The notes: a model not told the origin generated them from the letters alone. A stretch of DNA of 32,000 nucleotides from Erysipelothrix larvae (GCF_001545095.1 NZ_CP013213.1:2460001-2492000), one strand, 5' to 3'. Numbered from the stretch's first letter, positions 7,970-16,829 are shown. Translations and numbers: made by a program.

Positions 7970-8838
7970 ACTGACTCCTGAAATCCATTATAAATTACAC
8001 TCAAATCACTCGGTGCTTTTATACGCGGGTTGTTTTTTATATGTTCAATCAATATTTGAGGGTTTTTGTCCACCTGTAAAATGGCATGTGCAAGTGTATC
8101 CATACTTTCATAATCTGCATCATTCCATTGATCAATCGGCAAGTTTTTATACCCTTCCCAATAATCCCATGGATACAATGGCATTTTCAACAAAGCATTC
8201 GCGTCTAGGATTAGGTTGCATGCTAAGTATTCATAGCCCCAATAAGTATAAATCCCAAATTTGCTGGGATCATAGTTTCCGTGTCTACAACCTAACCATG
8301 CTTCAGCAGCATTTATAAAGCGTGGAGCAGGCACGTTGTTTGAATCAAAATCACAGTTCAACTCTTCTCTTTGAAGTTCATCCAATTGGACATCAACCAT
8401 CACCCATCGTTGCTCTTTATCATTATAAGTCTCAAGGACCCAATGGTCGATGAATAAACCCTCTTCTAGGTAATCTGCAAAGCCACATCTTGGTCGTGCA
8501 GCGATTCCTACTTCACGACACAGTGCTGTTGCGATGACTGAAAAGTCACGACAAATCCCAAGGATTCTTTGATTTGGTAATAATGGTGTTGAGATGGAGT
8601 TAATCCCTTTTGCATGTAACACCTTAAGTTTTTCTTCGACACTTCTTAAATAGATTTCTGCTTCTTGTTTTTGTGTTGGCGTCACATGATATCGTTTAGC
8701 CCAATGGCGGTGAAGGCAGATATTTTGAGTCAATCTAACTATTTCCTCAAGACTTTGAGGGTATATGCTGATCATAAACCGCATTGACTTTGGGTCTGTC
8801 ATGATGCCATGTTTGGTATAATCAATGGTTGATTTCAT
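7966..8838 (-). CDS. Cytoplasmic transglutaminase-fold (Cys-His-Asp) domain protein, function unknown
   Basis: Candidate triad with canonical spacing, numbered from M at 8838: C96 (LGICRDFS), H132 (FIDHWV), D149 (WVMVD). I prefer ATG 8838 (SD GAAGGGA upstream) to the track start 8883. No signal peptide or TM segment. Confidence 0.7.
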   Translation of the reverse strand: MKSTIDYTKHGIMTDPKSMRFMISIYPQSLEEIVRLTQNICLHRHWAKRYHVTPTQKQEAEIYLRSVEEKLKVLHAKGINSISTPLLPNQRILGICRDFSVIATALCREVGIAARPRCGFADYLEEGLFIDHWVLETYNDKEQRWVMVDVQLDELQREELNCDFDSNNVPAPRFINAAEAWLGCRHGNYDPSKFGIYTYWGYEYLACNLILDANALLKMPLYPWDYWEGYKNLPIDQWNDADYESMDTLAHAILQVDKNPQILIEHIKNNPRIKAPSDLSVIYNGFQESV

Positions 8839-8957
8839 CTTAATCCCTTCTTTCTCAACTCCATTATATGCAATACAACACAAGAAGGCATGATAGTTTG
8901 TGCTAATACGATGATACCAGCTTGTAAAGAAGCTAAAGCATAGGATACTTATGCATT

Positions 8958-9704
8958 TTAGTCCCCGTGTTCTTTCTTATTTTTTGTAGCCTTAATCAGT
9001 AACATCATAGGACGTTTTAGTTCGTACATCATGCCATCAATGTCCAAAGCATCCTTAGAAGGTTCTGCCTCAACTAAAGCATCGATGGTCATTCCTGTAT
9101 TAATGAGTCCGTTCACAATTTGAGTGAGTGTATGATGATACTTCTCAATGGTATGACCAAGGAATTGAGTGCTTCTTAGCCCTGGTTCATAGTAACGATC
9201 AACTGGCCATACATCTGGGGTCCCATCCTCTTTGTAAATCCATTCTTGATTCACACCACTCGTGTATGTTGGGTGTTCAATGTTCAGCAGGAATATTCCG
9301 TTTGGCTTCAGTGTCTTGGCAATATTTCGATAGACTTCATCTAGATCGTCGATATAGTGAAGTGCTAAGTTTGATAATACCAAATCATATGTTTCAAAAG
9401 GATACGCATAATCCATAATACCAATTACTTTATACGCTATTTTTTCATCTGCATTTCGAGTCAAAGCTTCCTGAATCATTTTTTCACTATGATCAATTGC
9501 AACTACAGTCTTAGCGCCTTGTTCAACCATATACTTTGCATGCCAGCCATAGCCACACCCTAAATCAAGGATACACATATCCTTTACATCTGGAAACATT
9601 TCCTTAAACTGAACCCATTCACCTGCACCGCTTAGTCCTTCTTTACTCCGTGTCATGGACTTATAAGCATTAAAGAAGGTGGGGTTGTTATAGTTGTTTT
9701 TCAT
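8958..9704 (-). CDS. Class I SAM-dependent methyltransferase
   Basis: ILDLGCGYGWH (motif I), VVAIDHSEKM, VLSNLALHYI and LKPNGIFLL. The track start 9716 is a GTG inside the SD (GTGAGGA); ATG 9704 is the better start. Confidence 0.85.
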   Translation of the reverse strand: MKNNYNNPTFFNAYKSMTRSKEGLSGAGEWVQFKEMFPDVKDMCILDLGCGYGWHAKYMVEQGAKTVVAIDHSEKMIQEALTRNADEKIAYKVIGIMDYAYPFETYDLVLSNLALHYIDDLDEVYRNIAKTLKPNGIFLLNIEHPTYTSGVNQEWIYKEDGTPDVWPVDRYYEPGLRSTQFLGHTIEKYHHTLTQIVNGLINTGMTIDALVEAEPSKDALDIDGMMYELKRPMMLLIKATKNKKEHGD

Positions 9705-9888
9705 GTTAGTCCTCACTTATTCATATACAGACCCATTATACAACAGTTTTTACTTATATTGTTTTTTATCGATATATTAACGAAGCCATCACGCACTCTG
9801 GGGTTATTACCTTTTACCTGTACTGATATTTTGCTTTGTTCCTTACTTCTGCGAGTCTGTTTCAATTTATGATTAATCTAGATCTATA

Positions 9889-9905
9889 GTATTTCAGTGA
9901 AATAC
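9889..9905. promoter_or_regulatory. Perfect palindrome GTATTTCA-G-TGAAATAC in the divergent methyltransferase/PTS intergenic region
   Basis: Read directly from the sequence. It lies about 105 nt upstream of the PTS -35. The binding factor is unknown. Confidence 0.3.
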
Positions 9906-10001
9906 ATCTTATTTTTTGTAATAAACGATTGATGTTCAACCATATCAATATGAATTTCGATACTTAAAATGTCCAAAATAAAATTCTGCTATAAAATAAT
10001 C

Positions 10002-10015
10002 TGAAAACCTTTACA
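10002..10015 (+). promoter_or_regulatory. cre-like (CcpA) box TGAAAACCTTTACA overlapping the -35
   Basis: 13/14 match to TGWAANCGNTNWCA. The only mismatch is the central CG, which reads CC here. Confidence 0.35.
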
Positions 10016-10038
10016 TTATGACATCATGATGTTATGAT
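10010..10038 (+). promoter_or_regulatory. Sigma-A promoter of the PTS/DUF871/DgaE-like operon
   Basis: -35 TTTACA (10010-10015), 17-nt spacer, -10 TATGAT (10033-10038) preceded by TGT (extended -10). Confidence 0.55.
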
Positions 10039-10041
10039 GTC
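10020..10041. promoter_or_regulatory. Inverted repeat GACATCAT-N6-ATGATGTC overlapping the spacer and -10; candidate operator of the GntR/UTRA repressor
   Basis: 8-bp arms read directly from the sequence. The position is typical of repressor occlusion. Confidence 0.4.
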
Positions 10042-10069
10042 TGCATATCCATTATACAAGGAGGAGACC

Positions 10070-11365
10070 ATGGAGAAATTTATGCAATTTTTGGAAGAAC
10101 GCATTATGCCTTCCGCAACAAAAATTAGTACTCAACGCCATATGGCTGCAATTAGAAAGGGGATTGTAGCTACATTACCATTGACTATTGTAGGGTCATT
10201 TTTTACAATTTTACTTAATGTTCCTATTGATTCTATCGCAGCAATGCTTGCACCTTATGCTTCTGTAATCGATATTCCTTTCCGTTATACGGTTGGAATT
10301 CTATCATTGTATTGCTCATTTACAATCGCTGCAACTTTAGGCGAATCCTATAAGTTGAATACAATAACTTCTGGAATGTTAGGAACTTTAGCCTTTCTAA
10401 TTACTACAGTTACTCCAACACGCGTTACTGAAGCCGTTGACGGTGTGATTGCTTCTGGACGATATATTAACATTGCAAACTTAAGCTCTCAATCATTATT
10501 TTCTGCAATCTTAACTGCAATTCTCGCTGTGGAAATCTACAATTTTATGCAAAAGAAGAATTTTACATTGAAAATTCCTGATGGTGTTCCGCCAGAAGTT
10601 TCTAACTCTTTCATTGCACTTATTCCAACTGCCGTTATCATACTTTTATTCTGGTTTGTTCGTTATTTCTTCAATCTTAATATCAACGAACTATTAACCA
10701 CTGCTTTAACACCACTAAAAGGAATTCTAGCAGGAAACAGCCTACTCGGTGGCTTACTGACTGTTCTACTAATTTGTGTTTTCTGGGTTCTTGGTATTCA
10801 CGGACCTGCAATCCTAGGACCAATCATTCGTCCATTCTGGGATATGTCAATTGCTGAAAACATGGAAGCATTTGCTGCTGGAGTTTCTGCAAACGCGCTT
10901 CCAAACATCTTCACTGAGCAATTCCTTCAATGGTTTGTTTGGATTGGTGGAGCTGGTGCAACACTCGCATTAACATTATTATTCTTAAGATCAAAATCTA
11001 CCTACTTTAAGAAATTAGGAAAACTTTCATTCTTACCCGGTCTGTTCAACATCAATGAACCAATGATATTTGGTGCTCCTATCGTTATGAATCCAATCCT
11101 TGCGATTCCATTCATCGTTGCGCCATTGGTTACAACAACGCTCTCTTATGTATTAACAATTACTAATATTGTTCCGATGATGATGGCTCGATTACCATTT
11201 ACAGTAATTTCACCTATCGCTGCATGGATGAGTACAGATTGGAGCATTACTGCTGGTGCATTAGTTATCGTAAACTTTATTATTTCTGTAGCAATCTATT
11301 ATCCATTCTTTAAAGTTGCTGAAAAGCAACAACTTGCTAAGGAACTAGAAGGCAATAACTCATAA
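10070..11365 (+). CDS. PTS EIIC permease, lactose/cellobiose (Lac/Chb) family
   Basis: About 431-aa polytopic protein starting MEKFMQFLEERIMPSATKISTQRHMAAIRKG. It contains GIHGPAILGPIIRPFW and NINEPMIFGAPIVMNP, typical of the CelB/ChbC family. ATG 10070 has SD AAGGAGGAG. The track start 10034 lies inside the -10 element. Confidence 0.85.
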   Translation: MEKFMQFLEERIMPSATKISTQRHMAAIRKGIVATLPLTIVGSFFTILLNVPIDSIAAMLAPYASVIDIPFRYTVGILSLYCSFTIAATLGESYKLNTITSGMLGTLAFLITTVTPTRVTEAVDGVIASGRYINIANLSSQSLFSAILTAILAVEIYNFMQKKNFTLKIPDGVPPEVSNSFIALIPTAVIILLFWFVRYFFNLNINELLTTALTPLKGILAGNSLLGGLLTVLLICVFWVLGIHGPAILGPIIRPFWDMSIAENMEAFAAGVSANALPNIFTEQFLQWFVWIGGAGATLALTLLFLRSKSTYFKKLGKLSFLPGLFNINEPMIFGAPIVMNPILAIPFIVAPLVTTTLSYVLTITNIVPMMMARLPFTVISPIAAWMSTDWSITAGALVIVNFIISVAIYYPFFKVAEKQQLAKELEGNNS

Positions 11366-11430
11366 TCTACAATATATTTTGAAAGGAGACGTACGAGGGA
11401 CATAATTAGGTGTTCCTCGTATAATTATTT

Positions 11431-11694
11431 ATGACACTCTATGAATTATTAACACTTGTTTGCATCTTTATCCTTTGTCAAATTACAGCTCGCAATAAAC
11501 TGTTAGTCAATCAAATTAAGGATTATTCTTTGCTTAAGTTATCATTGATAAGCTTAGGTTTAATTGCAATCACAATAATTATTACAATCATCGCTCATTT
11601 ATCACTATGGCTTGTAGTTGGGATGACACTCTTTACTGCCATAATTACAATTAATCAATATAATGCATCGTTAGAAAACGCAAGGAGGATGTGA
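11431..11694 (+). CDS. Hypothetical 87-aa membrane protein (3 predicted TM segments)
   Basis: The ORF fills the EIIC-DUF871 gap exactly. Its stop TGA (11692-11694) is 1 nt from the DUF871 ATG, and the DUF871 SD AAGGAGGA lies in its last codons. It has no convincing SD of its own, and a hairpin (ACGAGG/CCTCGT) lies just upstream. Confidence 0.4.
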   Translation: MTLYELLTLVCIFILCQITARNKLLVNQIKDYSLLKLSLISLGLIAITIIITIIAHLSLWLVVGMTLFTAIITINQYNASLENARRM

Positions 11695-11695
11695 G

Positions 11696-12784
11696 ATGAA
11701 ACGAAGACTTGGTATTTCTATTTACCCCGACCACAGCAATATTGAAGCAGATATGGCTTATTTGGACACTGCTTCTCACCTTGGTTTTTCTCGACTGTTT
11801 GCAAGCATGCTTGAAGTTTCTGGAAGCAAAGAAGAGACGGCTGCTAAGTTTAAAACAATTCTTAAGTATGCAAAAGACAAAGGGTTTGAAGTAATCCTTG
11901 ATGTTGCACCGAACATCTTTGAGCAATTGCAGATTTCCTATGATGATCTTAGCTTTTTTAAGGAACTTCATGCGGATGGAATTCGTCTCGATGTTGGATT
12001 TGATGGCAATAAAGAAGCTTTATTGACATACAATGAATATGGCCTTATTATTGAATTGAACATGAGTAATGATGTTGCTTATCTTGATAACATTCTGACC
12101 TACCAAGCCAATAAGCCATTCTTATATGGATGCCATAACTTCTACCCTCAGTCAGGCACTGGGTTAGATTATGATTTCTTTGTGAACTGTTCAAAACGGT
12201 TTAAACGTCACGGACTACGAACTGCTGCATTTATCACTTCAAGTACTGCTACTTTAGGTCCTTGGAATATCAATGATGGGCTTCCAACTCTAGAGCTTCA
12301 CCGAAGTTTACCGATTGATGTACAAGCTAAGCATCTCTTTGCAACAGGACTCATCGATGATGTGATTATTGGAAACGCATATGCAAGTGATGAAGAACTT
12401 GAATCCCTAAGCAAAGTCAATCGTTACCAATTAAGTCTTAGAGTCGATGTTAATGAACGTAATAATGAAGTTGAGAATGACATTATCACGCACAACCAAC
12501 ATCAACGTCGGGGGGATATTTCAAGTTCTTTAATTCGTTCAACAGAGGTTCGTAAAAAGTATGCCCATAGTCCAAATTCATTGCATTCAAATGAAGATCC
12601 TTTCCAATTTGGAGATGTTGTTATTGGCAATGATTGCTTTGGAAAATACAAAAACGAATTGCAAATTGTGTTGCAACCTCATACAGATCCCCGCAAGAAC
12701 AAAGTAGGACAGATTCTTGAGGAAGAGAAGTTTTTACTGAAATACATCAGTCCTTGGAGTAAATTTAGATTAGAAAAATTGTGA
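11696..12784 (+). CDS. DUF871 family protein (MupG-like 6-phospho-glycosidase)
   Basis: N-terminus MKRRLGISIYPDHSN...GFSRLF and the 362-aa length match my recollection of DUF871/MupG proteins. Strong SD. Confidence 0.7.
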   Translation: MKRRLGISIYPDHSNIEADMAYLDTASHLGFSRLFASMLEVSGSKEETAAKFKTILKYAKDKGFEVILDVAPNIFEQLQISYDDLSFFKELHADGIRLDVGFDGNKEALLTYNEYGLIIELNMSNDVAYLDNILTYQANKPFLYGCHNFYPQSGTGLDYDFFVNCSKRFKRHGLRTAAFITSSTATLGPWNINDGLPTLELHRSLPIDVQAKHLFATGLIDDVIIGNAYASDEELESLSKVNRYQLSLRVDVNERNNEVENDIITHNQHQRRGDISSSLIRSTEVRKKYAHSPNSLHSNEDPFQFGDVVIGNDCFGKYKNELQIVLQPHTDPRKNKVGQILEEEKFLLKYISPWSKFRLEKL

Positions 12785-12788
12785 TATT

Positions 12789-13904
12789 ATGCTCGATATA
12801 CTTATTAAAAATGCCGTCTTAACAGACGGAAGTAAAATTGATATAGGCGTAAAGAATGGTAAGATTGTTGCGCTTGACACCCTGCTTAACTTAAATGCAG
12901 TTCAGACATTCGTGATGGAATCTGGGTCGTACATCAGTGCGGGTTGGATCGATGACCATGTCCATTGCAATCCGACGATGGATATCTATTATGATGAACC
13001 CGATCTCATTGGTGTACACTCTGGAGTTTGTACAGTAATTGATGCTGGGTCCTGCGGATATTCGAATGTTGACGCTTTTTTTCAATGTGTAAAGAATGCT
13101 AAAACAAATGTCTACGCCTTACTCAACATCTCAGATATTGGGCTGATTAGACAAGACGAACTCTCTGATTTATCATTGATTCAAATTGATCATATAAAAG
13201 AGAAGTTTAATATGTACCCCGATTTTCTACTTGGAATTAAAGCACGAATGAGTCAAAGTGTTGTTGGTGATAACGGTATTCAACCTTTAGTGATGGCAAA
13301 GAAGATTCAAAAAGAACTCGGTGATATTCCGTTAATGGTTCACATTGGGTCTGCACCACCACCTCTTGAAGACATCATGCCGTTATTAGATCATCATGAT
13401 ATGGTTACCCATTGTTTCAATGGTAAAGCGAATTCAATCATTGATTCTGATATGCATATTAAGTCTTGTGTCTTATGTGCTCAAAAACGTGGAGTGGCAT
13501 TTGATTTAGGCCATGGAACTGCGAGTTTTGACTTTAACGTTGCACGGCACTGTTTAAATCTCGGATTTAAATGCTGTACAATTAGTACAGATATCTATCA
13601 CCGAAACCGTGTTAGCGGACCTGTGATGAGTTTTGCAGTCACATTAAGTAAGATGTTACACCTTGGTTATTCTTTAGAGGAAATCATTGATAAAGTTACC
13701 AGGGTGCCTGCAGAGTTCTTTAAGATCCAAAATAAAGGGAAAATAGAAATCGGATATGACGCTGATTTCACAATCTTCGAAGTCAAAGACACACAATTTG
13801 AAGCAATTGATTCTTCAGGAAATCGTGAAATCATTCATAAATTAATTCAACCCCGTCACGTAATTGTAGGTGGTGTGATGATCGATATGGAGGAGATTCA
13901 ATGA
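12789..13904 (+). CDS. Amidohydrolase-superfamily metallo-deacylase (dihydroorotase-like, deacetylase type)
   Basis: MLDILIKNAVLTDG...GKIVAL...ISAGWIDDHVHC (HxH metal motif), later MVHIG and HCFNG histidines, and C-terminal GKIEIGYDADFTIF. Confidence 0.8.
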   Translation: MLDILIKNAVLTDGSKIDIGVKNGKIVALDTLLNLNAVQTFVMESGSYISAGWIDDHVHCNPTMDIYYDEPDLIGVHSGVCTVIDAGSCGYSNVDAFFQCVKNAKTNVYALLNISDIGLIRQDELSDLSLIQIDHIKEKFNMYPDFLLGIKARMSQSVVGDNGIQPLVMAKKIQKELGDIPLMVHIGSAPPPLEDIMPLLDHHDMVTHCFNGKANSIIDSDMHIKSCVLCAQKRGVAFDLGHGTASFDFNVARHCLNLGFKCCTISTDIYHRNRVSGPVMSFAVTLSKMLHLGYSLEEIIDKVTRVPAEFFKIQNKGKIEIGYDADFTIFEVKDTQFEAIDSSGNREIIHKLIQPRHVIVGGVMIDMEEIQ

Positions 13905-14983
13905 ACGAACTTAATTTAACGCGTGTAATTAATGCAAGTGGTAAAATGTCGATACTGGGTGTTTCAAAGGTTCAAAAGACTGCAATCGAAGCACAACAAT
14001 ACGGTGCTCAAAACTTCTTTGTGATCGAAGAACTTATTGAGAAAACTGGCAGTCAACTCAGTCAATTAACCGGGTACCCTGCAGCAACAATCGTTGCAAG
14101 TGCTTCATCAGGGATTGCACTCTGTGTTGCAGGGTGTATCGCTAAAGATAATGACCACGCATTGTTACACCCTTATGATCCAACCCTAACAAAACGTGAA
14201 GTTGTTATTATGAAAGGCCATAACGTTGATTATGGTGCCCCAGTTCAAACAATGATTGAACTGGGGGGAGGGGTTGTTGTTGAAGCTGGCTATGCGAATG
14301 GATGTACTGCATCGCATGTTAAAGCATGCTTGAATGAAAACACCTGTGCTTTGATGTATGTTGTCAGCCATCATACTGTTCAAAAAAGTATGTTATCTCT
14401 TGAAGATATGATTCAAATTAGCAAAGCATCAAACGTACCCCTTATTGTGGATGCTGCAGCTGAAGAAGCACTTACACAATATGTCAATCAAGCGATTGAT
14501 TGTGTGATCTTTAGTGGCGCAAAAGCCATTGAAGGCCCAAGTTCTGGACTTGTATTTGGAAGTGTTCAGGCAATCGACTGGGTGCGACGTCAAAGCAAGG
14601 GAATTGGCCGTGCAATGAAAATTGGAAAAGAAAACATTCTCGGTCTCTATCAAGCAACTAAAACCTACTTAAGTGAAGGAAACGAATCTGGCGCATCCAT
14701 GATTGAACGTATTGAACCTTGGCTAAAAGATATGAAGGCACTTGGTATCAATGCATCAATCACTCAAGATGGAGCAGGCCGCGATATCTATCGTTTAAAA
14801 ATAATAGTAGAGGATGCACCTTCATTAATTTCTTCGATGAAACAACAAAACCCTGCTGTTTATACCCGTGAGTACTATGCAAATCAAGGGATCATCGAGT
14901 TTGATGTTAGAGCACTAAATCAAGACGATATGCGTATCATCACACAATATATCGAATCATTTATGAAAGGAAACCACCCATGA
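13901..14983 (+). CDS. DgaE-like SelA-fold PLP-dependent ammonia-lyase
   Basis: VINASGKMSILGVSKV at the N-terminus and FSGAKAIEGPSSGLV (candidate PLP lysine). 360 aa. ATGA overlap with the upstream gene. SD GGAGGAG. Confidence 0.75.
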   Translation: MNELNLTRVINASGKMSILGVSKVQKTAIEAQQYGAQNFFVIEELIEKTGSQLSQLTGYPAATIVASASSGIALCVAGCIAKDNDHALLHPYDPTLTKREVVIMKGHNVDYGAPVQTMIELGGGVVVEAGYANGCTASHVKACLNENTCALMYVVSHHTVQKSMLSLEDMIQISKASNVPLIVDAAAEEALTQYVNQAIDCVIFSGAKAIEGPSSGLVFGSVQAIDWVRRQSKGIGRAMKIGKENILGLYQATKTYLSEGNESGASMIERIEPWLKDMKALGINASITQDGAGRDIYRLKIIVEDAPSLISSMKQQNPAVYTREYYANQGIIEFDVRALNQDDMRIITQYIESFMKGNHP

Positions 14984-15720
14984 GAACAAAACCAAATTTC
15001 TATAATAACCGAGTAGCACTTAATGTGCTTGCGAATACTCTTGAAAATGCTGTTGAATGCTATGAGGCAGCAGAACACCACGCAATTATTGGACTATTAT
15101 CTTCGAACTATGAAACAGATGAACTTGCGATTGAAGATTTTAAACGTTATCAAAGTGCATTAGACAACGCCATTTCAATTGGTTTAGGTGCCGGCAATCC
15201 AAATCAAAGCAATATGGTCGCAAGACTTAGTGGTGCACTGAAACCACAACATGTCAATCAAGTATTTACTGGCATTGGTAATACCCGTGGAAGACTTGGG
15301 GATGCGGATACATACATTAACGGTCTTGTTTCACCTACTGGAACTGTTGGATTTGTTAATATTGGGACTGGACCAATCAGCTCTAAAAACGATCCTGTTG
15401 TTGTCAGTGTCCAAGGGGCCATCGATTTGCTGAAAGATATGGGTGCTAATACCATTAAGTATTTCCCAATGAAAGGTCTTGCACATCTTGATGAATACCG
15501 CGAAGTATGTCGACTTTGTGCACAAAATGACTTTGGACTTGAACCTACAGGTGGTATCGATCTCGATAACTTTGAAATCCTCTTGCAAATTGCTCTTGAT
15601 GCAAATGTAAAAGAAATCATTCCGCATGTGTACAGCTCAATCATTGACCCAACAACAAATAACACCCGCGTTGAAGATGTGAAAACATTATTTGGAATCA
15701 TTAAAAAGCTGGTAAAATAA
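14980..15720 (+). CDS. KDGP aldolase family protein (2-dehydro-3-deoxy-phosphogluconate aldolase-like)
   Basis: PNFYNNRVALNVLA, GLGAGNPNQSNMV, QHVNQVFTG, LEPTGGIDLDNF and IPHVYSSIID match my recollection of the family consensus. ATGA overlap with the upstream gene. Confidence 0.7.
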   Translation: MRTKPNFYNNRVALNVLANTLENAVECYEAAEHHAIIGLLSSNYETDELAIEDFKRYQSALDNAISIGLGAGNPNQSNMVARLSGALKPQHVNQVFTGIGNTRGRLGDADTYINGLVSPTGTVGFVNIGTGPISSKNDPVVVSVQGAIDLLKDMGANTIKYFPMKGLAHLDEYREVCRLCAQNDFGLEPTGGIDLDNFEILLQIALDANVKEIIPHVYSSIIDPTTNNTRVEDVKTLFGIIKKLVK

Positions 15721-15721
15721 C

Positions 15722-16714
15722 ATGAGAATTGTTGCATTTGGCGAAACAATGCTTCGCTTATCAACTCAAAATAACAAAGCCTTATCTCAATCACAAGCAC
15801 TTGATATGTTGTTTTGTGGAACGGGAGTAAACTTGTTAAGAAACCTGTATCAGTTTGGTCATGAAGTTTCTCTTATTTCTTCAGTCCCTGATAATGATAT
15901 TGGAATCGCTGCGCTTTCAAATCTAAGAATGCTTGGCATTAATGAACAAGCAGTCACGAAATCTGGCAATCATATTGGAATCTACTTTCTAGAACCAGGA
16001 CATGGTTTAAGACCAAGTAAAGTCACTTATATGAACCGAAGTTTCTCAAGCTTTAATACCTATCAGTTTACACAAGAAGAATTAAGACAAGCACTTTCAG
16101 GTGCTGATCTTGTCCATATCTGCGGTATTTCGTGCCAAACTTCCGTGATTAGTAGAAACAATGCTTTATTGGTTGCTTCATTATGTGAATCGATGAGTAT
16201 TAAACTCTGCTTTGATTTTAATTTCCGTCAATCCTTAATGGATCCAAATGAATATGATACGGTTCTTGATGCCTTCAAATATATTCTTAAACGCAGTACA
16301 ATCGTTTTTGGGAGTGTCCTTGATTTAGAAAAGACACTACAAATTGAAGGTTCTACTTTTGAAGAACGCACGTTAAACTTCATGAATCAATACACGGTCG
16401 ATGTATTCTCTGGAACACTCAAAACTTTAGATCACAACGATCAGTTAGTTATTAAAGGGTTTTTGTGCAAGGATTCTGTCTTCAAGTCCGGAAAACCCAT
16501 AGCCGTAGATGTTTTGGATGCGATTGGAACCGGTGATGCCTATGCATCTGGAATTATCAGTGGATTACAATCCGGATGGCCGATTCAAGAAGTAATTGAT
16601 TTCGCTACACGATGCTGTGCAGTAGCCTATACAACGGTTGGTGATTACTTGAATGTCACCCAAGAAGAAATACTACGCATGAACCCTTCAAAAGCTCAAC
16701 GTGTCTTGCGATAA
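15722..16714 (+). CDS. PfkB-family sugar kinase (2-keto-3-deoxygluconate kinase-like)
   Basis: 330 aa with N-terminal FGETMLRL and C-terminal DAIGTGDAYASG (PfkB signature 2). Confidence 0.8.
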   Translation: MRIVAFGETMLRLSTQNNKALSQSQALDMLFCGTGVNLLRNLYQFGHEVSLISSVPDNDIGIAALSNLRMLGINEQAVTKSGNHIGIYFLEPGHGLRPSKVTYMNRSFSSFNTYQFTQEELRQALSGADLVHICGISCQTSVISRNNALLVASLCESMSIKLCFDFNFRQSLMDPNEYDTVLDAFKYILKRSTIVFGSVLDLEKTLQIEGSTFEERTLNFMNQYTVDVFSGTLKTLDHNDQLVIKGFLCKDSVFKSGKPIAVDVLDAIGTGDAYASGIISGLQSGWPIQEVIDFATRCCAVAYTTVGDYLNVTQEEILRMNPSKAQRVLR

Positions 16715-16780
16715 TAGCGCATTACTTTTATTCGTCACTTTACACGTTTTCCTTAATATCAATGACTCAATCTATGCAAA

Positions 16781-16829
16781 AGAAACACCCCTTAGATTCA
16801 ATGTGAATTTAAGGAATGTTTCTTTTTTT
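16781..16829. terminator. Long-stem rho-independent terminator ending the PTS operon; probably also serves the convergent GntR gene
   Basis: GAAACA-CCCTTAGATTCA-atg-TGAATTTAAGG-aa-TGTTTC followed by TTTTTTT. Confidence 0.65.

Noticed and set aside
7902-8318. 138-aa plus-strand ORF antisense to the transglutaminase-fold gene
   Set aside because: It has no SD, and the opposite strand carries a motif-bearing CDS. It is most likely a shadow ORF.
9889-9905. CodY-box assignment for GTATTTCAGTGAAATAC
   Set aside because: The half-sites resemble AATTTTC/GAAAATT, but the central spacing is 3 nt instead of 1 nt when aligned that way. This is not a credible consensus match.
10034-10069. Longer N-terminal extensions offered by the ORF track (10034 for EIIC; also 8883, 9716, 20096, 21852, 31748)
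   Set aside because: In each case a downstream ATG has a properly spaced GGAGG-type SD. The upstream start is a TTG or GTG, or it lies inside promoter or SD elements.
15258-15800. 180-aa minus-strand ORF (and the 98-aa ORF at 15331-15627) antisense to the KDGP aldolase/kinase junction
   Set aside because: It lies entirely inside two strongly supported plus-strand CDSs. It has no SD, and its composition is Ser/Pro/Arg-skewed, typical of antisense read-through in AT-rich genomes.
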